This document shows positions 40,330 to 49,201 of a stretch of 64,000 nt of DNA, piece after piece (position 1 is the first letter of the stretch; each line of letters starts with the position of its first letter). This DNA is from Candidatus Zixiibacteriota bacterium (GTDB lineage: Bacteria; RBG-13-66-14; B26-G2; WVWN01): contig JASFLY010000002.1 of assembly GCA_050117845.1 (NCBI GenBank), forward strand, positions 186,025-250,024, given 5' to 3'. Under the pieces are notes generated by a model. That model was not told where the DNA came from and ran no database searches. It saw only the letters and a list, made by a program, of their open reading frames with translations. The position numbers were made by a program, and so were the translations under genes.

Positions 40330-41427
40330 CTATTCCGTTCTTTCCGCCCACACAAACTTACGTTTTAAAGAATTGCAGTAGTTATAGGGTAGGTATCCCG
40401 CATGTTGGAGTTGACCTACAACGATACCAGGCGCGACACCCTGTTCGCGCGCGAAACGTATTATCGCTTCCTTGCTTATACGGCGCGTAGAAGTCATAAA
40501 GGCACGTAACGCCGCCCGCGGTATAAGACACTCGGTAGCAAACCGATTCGCCTCTACCTCATCATCGCCCTCGGATTTCCCCGAATCCACGAAGATTTCC
40601 TTCTTGGAATCGAGAAGGACGTGTCCGGCTTCGTGGAAAAACGTAAACCAAAAATGGTCGTCGGTCTTATAGCGGAGGTTTACTTGGATTATCGCCTTTT
40701 TTGGCGAGAACCAACGCGTCGCTCCGCTCACACGTATTTTGGGGAGTTCCGGGACGAAAACCACGGCGACGCCGCACGCGGCACAAATCTCTACTATACG
40801 TCCCTTGAATTCCCCAGGATTTAACGTGGTTAAAGCCCTTACCTGCGTTAAAGCACGCCGGAATCCGGTTCGGTCGTATGGCCGGCAAGTAATATTTTGG
40901 GCATCGATATCGCCTTTTCTAAGCCAAGCTGCTAAAGCTACTGGATCGGCCTTCAACGTTGCTGGTTTGCGGAACGCGACCTGCATTCGGGAAAAAAAGC
41001 GGTCCCAAGACTTCGGCGACGCAACGCCAAGGAAATTTAGGAGTTCACGCAGCTGTTCGACCTTATCCGACGATTTCCGCAACCAACCGAGTTTTATCAT
41101 TGCGTTAACCGGGAACTGAGAAAGCCATTCTACTTCTTCCTCAAGTCGTCCCCTCTCCTCTGCGCGCGCAAGCGACTCACGATACTTACGCTCCCGATTA
41201 TTCCAGAACTCGGCAGGGACGCCCAGTACACGCTCGAATTGAAGGGCAGTATCGGTCGTAATTGGGGCTTTCCCTTTTACTATTTCGTTAATAGTTTTCG
41301 GTGTTCTACCTGTACGCGCCGCGAAGTCCTCCTGAGTAAAGCCTCTCAGCGCCATCGTTTCTAAAAGCGTTTCGCCCGGCGGCGTGACGACCTCCGGCTC
41401 GTATTCATTCGCTCTTATTTTAACCAT
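40330..41427 (-). CDS. higA: HigA-family antitoxin (HTH) fused to ImmA/IrrE-type metallopeptidase domain
   Basis: PPGETL...TQEDFA.R.G.TPKTINEIVKGKAPIT; FHEAGH (HExxH); EVEANRFA. Confidence 0.9.
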   Translation of the reverse strand: MVKIRANEYEPEVVTPPGETLLETMALRGFTQEDFAARTGRTPKTINEIVKGKAPITTDTALQFERVLGVPAEFWNNRERKYRESLARAEERGRLEEEVEWLSQFPVNAMIKLGWLRKSSDKVEQLRELLNFLGVASPKSWDRFFSRMQVAFRKPATLKADPVALAAWLRKGDIDAQNITCRPYDRTGFRRALTQVRALTTLNPGEFKGRIVEICAACGVAVVFVPELPKIRVSGATRWFSPKKAIIQVNLRYKTDDHFWFTFFHEAGHVLLDSKKEIFVDSGKSEGDDEVEANRFATECLIPRAALRAFMTSTRRISKEAIIRFAREQGVAPGIVVGQLQHAGYLPYNYCNSLKRKFVWAERTE

Positions 41428-41755
41428 GGGTATCCCCTATGTCTATTATTTCCACGGCTGTTACTTTCGTCCAATCCAATCCGCCATCATCCCTTCGAGG
41501 CGGGGGATCGTGAGCCGGAATGAAAACCAAACGCCGGGGACCGCGCAAATCAAGTGTTAACTGCCCAGCCCTATCACCGGTTAATTCGTGTAGGCGGCCG
41601 GAGAGATTCCGTAAATCTTCGAGGGATCGCGCCGCGCTTAAATCATCCAATCGCCGCGATATTACCGCGGCTTCCTCCGCGCCGTAACGCCGTACTAGGC
41701 GTCGAGCGTCGTTGCAATCTCCGCATAACCGTTTATTCGCGAAAATAATGTCCAA
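41420..41755 (-). CDS. higB: HigB/RelE-family toxin (killer-suppression type)
   Basis: MDIIFANKRL...RRLDDL.AA..LEDL....GRLHELTGDRAGQ..LDL..P.RL; overlaps higA by 8 nt. Confidence 0.85.
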   Translation of the reverse strand: MDIIFANKRLCGDCNDARRLVRRYGAEEAAVISRRLDDLSAARSLEDLRNLSGRLHELTGDRAGQLTLDLRGPRRLVFIPAHDPPPRRDDGGLDWTKVTAVEIIDIGDTHG

Positions 41756-41774
41756 GCCACGGCTCCCACTAATA

Positions 41775-41803
41775 ATATTAACGTATCACGTTAAGAAATG
41801 CAA
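41775..41803 (-). promoter_or_regulatory. higBA promoter with palindromic operator
   Basis: Minus-strand TTGCAT-17-TAATAT; palindrome TTAACGT-ATC-ACGTTAA at 41778-41794. Confidence 0.7.
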
Positions 41804-42223
41804 GAATAATATTCGCATTATCTGTATACTAATACTATTTACTAATTCAATACCGTACGATAAAAACCGCGGCGCCGTTCTATGTTATACCGTACAACAA
41901 TCTTATCTATTGCGATCTTACCTCCGAACGATAATAGGCTTATTTATACTATCATTAATTCTATGTCATCGGATATTCCAAACGGTCCAGAAATGGGTCT
42001 TTTTTGATCATAAATGGATAGTATAGTGATTTCGAAGATATTTAAGTATTTCCATACGAGAAAATGCGCGGTTACCCCCGGTAACGGCTAAGCGCCCCCG
42101 AAGTCGTCCGCCGCGCACCGCCGCTGCTACCGCTTGACAAAGCCTCGCCAATATGTTTTACTCTCCAAGCCGCCGCGGGAACCGCTCCGCGGCATTACAT
42201 CCCGCCAACCGGCGGCTTTTAAC

Positions 42224-42295
42224 GGCGGCATAGCCAAGAGGCTAAGGCGAGGGTCTGCAAAATCCTTATCCCGGGTTCGAATCCCGGTGCCGCCT
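42224..42295 (+). tRNA. tRNA-Cys (GCA)
   Basis: GGCGGCA/TGCCGCC acceptor stem, TAGCCAAG..AAGGC D arm, CT-GCA-AA loop, GGTTCGAATCC T arm. Confidence 0.95.
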
Positions 42296-42366
42296 ACGGG
42301 CCCGGCTTCGCGCCGGGCCTTCTTTTAACCGGGACCCGGGTAGCACACGAAAACTCGGAGTACATT

Positions 42367-42948
42367 ATGCGTTCTCTACCCGTTTTTATAATCGCCGCCG
42401 TAATCGTCGCGGCCGCCGGATGCAACAAGGAGCCGGAGGGCTACGCCGAGGCCGTCGCCAACTTCGACGAACTCGCGAACGTCAAATGCCCCGAGGAGTC
42501 CCGGCTGGGCATCGCCCGCAGCCTGGGCGCCCGCACCGAGGACGTTCGCGTCATCCACTACGGCCCCACCGGCCAGGGCGACCATACGTACTACTTCGCC
42601 GCCCTCAGCCGCGACGGCCACGCCGGCGCCGGCATCTTCGACGAGGCGTGGGCGCGGATCCCGGAGGAGCACTATAAGGCGGAGTTCTCCGCCGAGGAGT
42701 TCATCTGGGCCGTGAAGTGCATCCGCAACGACCCGCCCTTCGCCGACCGCCAGGTGCGCTACGGCACGCCGGTGCCGGTCAAAATCGAGTACGGCACCCG
42801 CGACGTCGCCGTGGAGTTCGTCGACGGCTGGCTGGCGGAGGAAGGGAAGTGGAGCACCGGCCTCGTCCGCGTCAACCTGGCCGGGACGACGGTCCTGGAA
42901 GAGGAACACGGCCTGGACTTCGCGTTCCGCAGCAGCGGCGGCGAATAG
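42367..42948 (+). CDS. Hypothetical lipoprotein
   Basis: GGAG RBS; lipobox AAGC; GC3-rich codons. Confidence 0.7.
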   Translation: MRSLPVFIIAAVIVAAAGCNKEPEGYAEAVANFDELANVKCPEESRLGIARSLGARTEDVRVIHYGPTGQGDHTYYFAALSRDGHAGAGIFDEAWARIPEEHYKAEFSAEEFIWAVKCIRNDPPFADRQVRYGTPVPVKIEYGTRDVAVEFVDGWLAEEGKWSTGLVRVNLAGTTVLEEEHGLDFAFRSSGGE

Positions 42949-42973
42949 CCGCCGGCGGTATTGATAGCAAAAC

Positions 42974-43001
42974 AAAAGCCTCCCCGGCGGGGAGGCTTTT
43001 T
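42974..43001. terminator. Bidirectional terminator between convergent genes
   Basis: AAAAGCCTCCCC-GGC-GGGGAGGCTTTT. Confidence 0.85.
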
Positions 43002-43024
43002 ATACGTCCGATTATTGCGCGGCG

Positions 43025-43846
43025 CTAGGGCGTCGCAATTATTACGTCGCCGCTGACCGTGCTGACGTCGATAACGTTATCCCCCGCGCCGGCGCGGCCC
43101 GAATAACTGCCTCCCACGATACCACCGCTGCGCTCGAGCGGGAGGCCGGATTCGCATTTTCCCGAAATCAAATCGACGTCGACGTCGTAATTTCCGGTCT
43201 CGCCGGTTAGAGCCAGTTCAACGTTCCCGGAGACAGTGGACACCCGGTACATGGCGCCCGCCGCAGGCAACGCGGCCTTCACCCGAACGTCTCCGGAAAC
43301 GGCCTCGACGTCGATCGCCGCGGTAGCCTCGCCCTCGTTCGTCACCTTGACGTCCCCCCGGGCGGTGTGCGCGCTTGCCTTTTTGAACGCGCCGGATACA
43401 TCGAGGTCTCCCGAAGCGACTCCGGCCTTGACGTCCGGTATGCCCGCCGCGCTAATATTGCCGCTCGCGGTCGTGAGCTCGAGACGCTTCAAGCCGGCCG
43501 GGACCGTGACGACGAAGTCCACAGACGCGCCGCTCCGGTTTCCCGCATCCTCGTCCTCGCCCGACACTTTTTCATATTCGACGCGGACCTTGACGGCCTT
43601 GCCCTCCTCCTCCACGACGACGACGGTACGGTCGAGCGAGGCCTGGTCTTTTCCCCTTTTGGTCGCGACGAGCGCGATTTCGTCACCCGCCACCGTAACG
43701 CCAATGTCGCCCGACACGCCTTCGATTACAAGTTCCTCGGCCGCCGCGCCGCCGGCCCACTCGAAAGTTTCGCTGACGTCGGCGAGCGCCCCGGCCGGGA
43801 CGAGAACGCACACCGCCGCCGCAACAATAGATATTGCCCTGGTCAT
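43025..43846 (-). CDS. DUF4097-type beta-strand-repeat (putative adhesin) secreted protein
   Basis: Signal peptide; repeated (T/V)xSG(D/N)(I/V) motifs. Confidence 0.8.
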   Translation of the reverse strand: MTRAISIVAAAVCVLVPAGALADVSETFEWAGGAAAEELVIEGVSGDIGVTVAGDEIALVATKRGKDQASLDRTVVVVEEEGKAVKVRVEYEKVSGEDEDAGNRSGASVDFVVTVPAGLKRLELTTASGNISAAGIPDVKAGVASGDLDVSGAFKKASAHTARGDVKVTNEGEATAAIDVEAVSGDVRVKAALPAAGAMYRVSTVSGNVELALTGETGNYDVDVDLISGKCESGLPLERSGGIVGGSYSGRAGAGDNVIDVSTVSGDVIIATP

Positions 43847-43930
43847 GATCGCCTCCTTGATATCGTTTATTATAACAATGTATACGGCGGCCGGGGCTTT
43901 TTGTTGCGTGCGAACCGGCGCGAGGGCGGC

Positions 43931-44344
43931 TTATAAGTACCCGGCGAAGAAAACCAGATACGCGGCGACTATCCGGGGAGAGCGGAGACCCATCTCCCGG
44001 GCCTGGCCGAAATAGGAGCCGTCGATATAGATGTCGCCGTCGTCTTCCACCCGGCCTTTGTAGGAACCGCCGACGTAAATGTCGCCGTCGTCCTCGATCC
44101 GGCCGTAGTAGGACCCTTCGACGTAGATGTCGCCGTCGTCCTCCACGCGGCCGGCGTACGAGCCGGATACGTAAACGTCGCCGTCCGTCTCGACCCGGCC
44201 CTGGTAGGAACCGCTGATGTAAATGTCGCCGTCGTCCTCGATACGCCCCTCGTAAGAGCCGCCGATATAGACGTCCACGGCCGCATTGGCGGCCGCGGCC
44301 GCGACCATTGACCCGATGAAGAATATGGCTATTCGGCCTGCCAT
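43931..44344 (-). CDS. Small secreted protein of about six 15-aa tandem repeats
   Basis: Repeat GR(I/V)EDDGD(I/V)Y(I/V)xGSYx, visible as 45-bp DNA repeats. Confidence 0.85.
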   Translation of the reverse strand: MAGRIAIFFIGSMVAAAAANAAVDVYIGGSYEGRIEDDGDIYISGSYQGRVETDGDVYVSGSYAGRVEDDGDIYVEGSYYGRIEDDGDIYVGGSYKGRVEDDGDIYIDGSYFGQAREMGLRSPRIVAAYLVFFAGYL

Positions 44345-44527
44345 GGTTACGCCTCCAAGTGTTTAAGGTACCCTTGTATATTATAACCGACGCCGAAACA
44401 CGTGTTAAGGTTTATATTTATCGGGGTTTGCCTTGACTTTGGCCGGCAGGGAGGCTAAAATTTCTATGTGCTACGGAGGGCCCGGGTCGTATCGGCGGCC
44501 GGGCCCGTATAGGATATTGTATTAAAA

Positions 44528-44986
44528 ATGAAGGGCGGTGCCATGATAAGTAACGTATTTACGCGAGGCCGGGCCGACAAACCGTTGATACTGCCCCTCG
44601 CGCTCGTATGCGTCGTATCCCTCCTGGCGGGGGGCGCGCTGGCGTGCTCCGAAGACGTCAAGGGGTCCCGTGAACTGGGCGGCGTGGAGAAAACCGACCA
44701 GTTCGTCGCCGGGGAGATAATCGTCTGGTTCGACGAGGCGCTGAGCGCGGACGAGATAGACGCGGCGGTGGCGGCCGCCGGCGGCGAGATTACCGGCCGG
44801 AGCGACGTCACGCCCTCTCGAGTAGTAATCGCCGTACCGGAAGGCGAGGAAGACGCGTACGTGGAAGTTTACGGCGAACTGGAAAGCGTCAAGGCCGCGG
44901 ATAAAAACTACATTCTGAAGGTCACGCCCATAGAGGGCGGGACGCCGAGCGGCGGGGCCAAAAATAAAATCGGCGGGACAAATTAA
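44528..44986 (+). CDS. Stand-alone subtilase-prodomain-like probable lipoprotein
   Basis: ALAC lipobox; strong similarity to the N-terminal prodomain of the next gene; no catalytic domain. Confidence 0.8.
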   Translation: MKGGAMISNVFTRGRADKPLILPLALVCVVSLLAGGALACSEDVKGSRELGGVEKTDQFVAGEIIVWFDEALSADEIDAAVAAAGGEITGRSDVTPSRVVIAVPEGEEDAYVEVYGELESVKAADKNYILKVTPIEGGTPSGGAKNKIGGTN

Positions 44987-45040
44987 AGCCGGCCTCGGGG
45001 CCGGCCGGTCGTTAACCAACATCAACACAAGGAATTACTT

Positions 45041-46558
45041 ATGAACGGCGCGAAACTATCAGGCTTGTCCGTAACCCGATTCGGGGGGTTGGCGGTCGCC
45101 GGGCTTTTGCTGGTGCTCTGGCTCGTTCCGGCCGCGTTCGCCCGGTCCGATATCAAGGTGTCTACCGAAGTCCGGGGCGATCGGGAAGCACACGCCGAAT
45201 TCGTCTCGGGGGAAATAGTCGTGTGGTTCGAAGAGGTCCACGCCGCGGCCGACATCCGGGCGGCGGTTGACCACGTCGGCGGCGAGCTGGCCCGCGTCAG
45301 CAGGGTTACGCCGTCGCGCGTCGTCGTCTCCGTCCCGGCGGGCGAGGAGGACGCGTACGTCGCGAAGTACCGTAAACTCCCCGGCATTCGTACCGTGGAC
45401 AAGAACTACATCTACCGGGCGTCCTTCACCCCCAACGACGAGTATTATAAATACCAGTGGCATTTCAATAAACCGGACTTCATCCACGCCGAAGAGGCCT
45501 GGGACCTCGAGCGCGGCGAACCCACCGTCGTGGTCGCCGTAATCGACACCGGTTGCGCATACGAGGACTACGCCGTGCCGTCGTACGAGGCGGGCGAGGT
45601 TAACGGCTCGACTTACCGTCGCGCCCCGGACCTCGTCGGCACCAACTTCGTCGCCGGTTACGACTTCGTCCACGACGACAACCACCCCAACGACCAGAAC
45701 GGCCACGGCACCCACGTCTCCGGGACCATCGCCCAGACGACGAACAACGGCGCGGACGTCGCGGGCCTGGCCCACAACTGCGCTATAATGCCGATTCAGG
45801 TCCTCGACTACTCCGGCGGCGGGACTTCCGACGACGTGGCCGACGGCATCGATTACGCCCGGCAGAACAACGCCGACGTCATCAACATGAGCCTCGGCGG
45901 CACCGGCTATTCGAGCGTTATCGAGGCCGCGTGCTCCGACGCCAATAGCGCCGGCCTGGTGGTCCTCGCGGCCTCCGGGAACCGGGGCTCGGGTACGCTG
46001 GACTACCCCGCCGGGTACGACAGCGTCATCGCCGTCGGCTCGGTGGACTACGACGGCGACCTGGCGTACTATTCCAATTGGGGCACCGGCCAGGAGATAG
46101 TCGCGCCGGGCGGCGACACCTCCGTCGACCTCAACGGCGACGGTTTCGTCGACGGCGTCCTCCAGAACACCTTCAACGAGATGTACTTCGAAGGGCCGCC
46201 CGAAACGCTGGCGACGGTGGGCGAATTCGCCGACGTATTCCTGCAGGGCACGTCGATGGCCTGCCCCCACGCCGCGGCGCTGGCGGCGCTACTCATATCG
46301 TACGGCGTAACGGACAACGCCACCGTGCGGACGCGGATGAAAGAAACCGCGACCGACCTCGGCGTCGCCGGCTACGACACGACCTACGGCTACGGCCTAA
46401 TAAACTGCGACGGCGCCCTTAAAAACGAAATAACACAAAACGAGGATGAATGCGGAGAATGCGGCAGCACCGGCAGCGGCGGCGCGCTCGCTCTCGCCGG
46501 CCTCTTCTTCGGTTCGTACGGGTTTATCTTCACGCGGCGGCGCCGCTTCTTTAAATAA
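45041..46558 (+). CDS. S8 (subtilisin-like) serine peptidase with C-terminal Cys/TM/Arg anchor
   Basis: VAVIDTG (Asp), HGTHVSG (His), ASGN, GTSMACP (Ser). Confidence 0.95.
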   Translation: MNGAKLSGLSVTRFGGLAVAGLLLVLWLVPAAFARSDIKVSTEVRGDREAHAEFVSGEIVVWFEEVHAAADIRAAVDHVGGELARVSRVTPSRVVVSVPAGEEDAYVAKYRKLPGIRTVDKNYIYRASFTPNDEYYKYQWHFNKPDFIHAEEAWDLERGEPTVVVAVIDTGCAYEDYAVPSYEAGEVNGSTYRRAPDLVGTNFVAGYDFVHDDNHPNDQNGHGTHVSGTIAQTTNNGADVAGLAHNCAIMPIQVLDYSGGGTSDDVADGIDYARQNNADVINMSLGGTGYSSVIEAACSDANSAGLVVLAASGNRGSGTLDYPAGYDSVIAVGSVDYDGDLAYYSNWGTGQEIVAPGGDTSVDLNGDGFVDGVLQNTFNEMYFEGPPETLATVGEFADVFLQGTSMACPHAAALAALLISYGVTDNATVRTRMKETATDLGVAGYDTTYGYGLINCDGALKNEITQNEDECGECGSTGSGGALALAGLFFGSYGFIFTRRRRFFK

Positions 46559-46579
46559 AGACGGAATGAGAGGACTTCC

Positions 46580-46606
46580 AAGGCCGCCCGCCCGGGCGGC
46601 CTTTTT
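46580..46606 (+). terminator. Intrinsic terminator
   Basis: AAGGCCGCCC-GCCC-GGGCGGCCTT followed by TTT. Confidence 0.85.
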
Positions 46607-46812
46607 CTTATCGATCGCCACGCCGATAGTAACTCACCGTAAATAATACGACGGCTGTCATCTTCCCGATTAACGCATAGTCTGTTATTAATAACACGAA
46701 CTCGGCAATGAAAGTACGAGCCGGAGCGATTAATTTCTTGACAAGCAGCGCGAATTATTATAAATATACGTGCTGGCTTTACCGGCAACGATTAATTGTG
46801 GGGGACAAAAGC

Positions 46813-46884
46813 ATGCCCAAGGCAAAGCGGGCACTAAGCAAAGGGCACGGGCCGGCCCGACCGCGTCGGGTTGCGCGGCCCTAA
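46813..46884 (+). CDS. Possible 23-aa basic small ORF (MPKAKRALSKGHGPARPRRVARP)
   Basis: TTGACA-17-TAAATA promoter at 46738, GGGGGA RBS, hairpin plus T run at 46889-46924. Confidence 0.35.
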   Translation: MPKAKRALSKGHGPARPRRVARP

Positions 46885-46957
46885 AGTAACCCCGGATGGG
46901 CGACGTCGCCCGCCGGGGGTTTTTCACGCCGGCGGGACGCCGGAGAAACGGCTTTTT

Positions 46958-47431
46958 ATGGCAGTGTGGCGGATAACGCCCTGGACCCTGATAGCGGTGG
47001 CCCTTGCCGCCGTCCCGGCCGAGCCTTTCTTCCCGCCGGAAATGAAACCCCTATTCCCGAACGAAAACACGTGGGCGAAATCTTGCGAGGCCGTACGGGG
47101 CCTGTATGCCCCGGGCGAACTGGCGGCGTACCGGATATATATTTACCCGAGGACCGTCGACGCGGGCCACGTTTCCCGGGACGTGCGCGGTAACCTATAC
47201 GCCGGCCCCGACGCCGCGAGCTGGCTCTTCTTCGTGGACGAGGCCCCCCCGGCCAACTGGGGCCACCCGTGCCGCCTCGTCTTCGTCACGACGGAGACGT
47301 TTGACGTGTGGCCGCACGTATGCTCGTTCCCGCCGGCGGACGTCGAAGACTTCATCGAGATTACGGGAACGGTACTGGATATTCTCGACGGCGGGCACGG
47401 CCCGGGGACTGGGAAGGGGGGTGATGGCTAG
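46958..47431 (+). CDS. Stand-alone secreted copy of the N-terminal domain of the downstream cysteine peptidase
   Basis: Signal peptide; SWLFFVDEAPPANWGHPCRLVFV...CSFPP. Confidence 0.75.
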   Translation: MAVWRITPWTLIAVALAAVPAEPFFPPEMKPLFPNENTWAKSCEAVRGLYAPGELAAYRIYIYPRTVDAGHVSRDVRGNLYAGPDAASWLFFVDEAPPANWGHPCRLVFVTTETFDVWPHVCSFPPADVEDFIEITGTVLDILDGGHGPGTGKGGDG

Positions 47432-47506
47432 GCGAGGACGGAACCGTTTGGGCTTTTGAGGGGATCGGATTAAGTTGCGTATAAACATTTCCAAGGGGGT
47501 TTTTCC

Positions 47507-48934
47507 ATGTCCTTAAGATCAACGTTGATAGTGGTGTGGGCGACGCTGGCGTTATCCGCCGGGGCGCTCGCCCAGGGAGACGCCGCGCCGGAGGAGATGT
47601 TCCTCGACGCCGGGGTTTTCAAAGTCGCCGACGACGCCGCGTATAATATGGTCGTAAGCGAACTCCTGCAGGGGGACGTCGGCAAGCGGGAAATCTATTC
47701 CAGCCCGGCGCCCTTAAAGGCCGGGACGCCGATGATGGACATTACCGGCCGGGAACTCGAGCCGCCGCCCGTCGACTCCTGGGTATACTTCGTCGACGAG
47801 ATGCCCGCCGCCAACTGGGGCCACCCGGCCCGACTCGTTTACGTCGACGCGCGCCGGGGCGAGACGGCGAGTATCGACTGCAACTTCCCGCCAAAGATGC
47901 TCCCCGCTTTCAAGGGCAAGACCGAAGGCGCGACCCGGGAAATCGCCCGTATCGGAAAGTACGACTGGAGGATAAAACCCGACGTAAAGCTATTCGACAA
48001 GTACCCCTTCGACGGGCCGTCCGAGAATAACAAGTACCACGTCCTCATAAGCGGCGGCATCAACGAGTGGTCGAACAACGGCCGCTACCTGAACGACCTG
48101 AAATTCATCTATTATACCCTCCAAAAGAAGTACCAGGATAACACCGACGACAACGTATACGTTATCTACGCCGACGGCGCGAGCCAGGACCTGGACGGCG
48201 ACGGCGACAACGACGTCGACTACCCCGCCTCGAAGGCCAACGTCGTGGGCGTCCTTACAACCCTTTCGAATAACCTGACGGCCGACGACGAGCTCTTCGT
48301 CTACGCCACGAACCACGGTGATACCGAGGGCGGCAAGGACTGCGTCCTGTGCCTCTACTACGAGGAGGAGATAAAGGACGACGAGTTCGCGGCGCTGATA
48401 AACAAGATCCAGGCCGGGAAGATGAAATTCGTCTTCGAGCAGTGCTTCAGCGGCGGCATGGTCGACGACCTCGCCGGCCTGAGCGGCAAGAACCTCTCCG
48501 TGGCGACCGCTTGCGATTACGACGAGGTCTCCTACGGAGCCGAGGTCCCGCCCGGATGGGGTTCCGACGGCTACGACGAATTCGTGTACTGGTGGACCGC
48601 GGCCATGTACGGGGCTTACCCGCCGGCCTCCCTGCCCGGTACCCACCCGGCCGCCCCCGACCCGGCGACCGCTGACGCCGACAGCGACGGCAAGGTCACC
48701 CTTAAAGAGGCGTTCGACTTCGCCAAGGCCAACGACCGATGGGCCGCCGAGCATCCCCAGTACCACTCTTCGCCCGCCGGCGCCGACTCGTGGACGTTGT
48801 GCACGAGAGTGAGCGACAAAGACTGCTGCGGGGCCACCTCCAAGGCCGAGGCCGCGACCTTCTCCATGGTCTTCGCGCTGTGCTACGGCGCCATCTTCAT
48901 CCGCCGGAAATACAAGAAACGCCGGCGCCGGTAA
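47507..48934 (+). CDS. Clan CD (C13 legumain/caspase-like) cysteine peptidase with C-terminal Cys/TM/Arg anchor
   Basis: VLISGG, YATNHG (His), FEQCFSGG (Cys), YDEFVYWWTAA, EF-hand-like DADSDGKVT, EHPQY. Confidence 0.85.
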   Translation: MSLRSTLIVVWATLALSAGALAQGDAAPEEMFLDAGVFKVADDAAYNMVVSELLQGDVGKREIYSSPAPLKAGTPMMDITGRELEPPPVDSWVYFVDEMPAANWGHPARLVYVDARRGETASIDCNFPPKMLPAFKGKTEGATREIARIGKYDWRIKPDVKLFDKYPFDGPSENNKYHVLISGGINEWSNNGRYLNDLKFIYYTLQKKYQDNTDDNVYVIYADGASQDLDGDGDNDVDYPASKANVVGVLTTLSNNLTADDELFVYATNHGDTEGGKDCVLCLYYEEEIKDDEFAALINKIQAGKMKFVFEQCFSGGMVDDLAGLSGKNLSVATACDYDEVSYGAEVPPGWGSDGYDEFVYWWTAAMYGAYPPASLPGTHPAAPDPATADADSDGKVTLKEAFDFAKANDRWAAEHPQYHSSPAGADSWTLCTRVSDKDCCGATSKAEAATFSMVFALCYGAIFIRRKYKKRRRR

Positions 48935-48950
48935 CCGGCCCGAACACGCA

Positions 48951-49181
48951 GAAGCGGCGGGGATAAACCCCGCCGCTACCTACATCTTATTTTTTAAATG
49001 TAGGGGCCGACCTTCAGGTCGGCCCGCCCCAACCTTTCATTAATAAGGAACACGGAGTTCGTACGGGCGTACGACCATACCTGCTACCCCAATGATGAAA
49101 AGGCCGGGTTTATCCCGGCCGGCGTCCGTAGGGACGTACGACCCCTTTAACGGAAGCGGCGGGGATAAACCCCGCCGCTAC
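48951..49181. repeat. Cluster of GTAG-type REP-like palindromes between convergent genes
   Basis: GAAGCGGCGGGGATAAACCCCGCCGCTAC exact at 48951 and 49153; GTAGGGGCCGACCTTCAGGTCGGCCC at 49000; GGCCGGGTTTATCCCGGCC at 49102. Confidence 0.8.
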
Positions 49182-49201
49182 TTTTTCGTTTATTAACGCC
49201 G

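Noticed and set aside
41712..42026. 104-aa ORF in AT-rich DNA
   Set aside because: Overlaps the higB start and promoter on the opposite strand, has no RBS and no recognisable motif
40209..42223. Prophage or integrative element at tRNA-Gly
   Set aside because: No integrase, no phage genes and no duplicated tRNA 3' end seen
46815..46915. c-di-GMP-I (GEMM) riboswitch suggested by GGCAAA...GCAAAG...CCTAAA
   Set aside because: No GNRA-capped P2 stem and the spacing does not fit; an Rfam RF01051 scan would settle it
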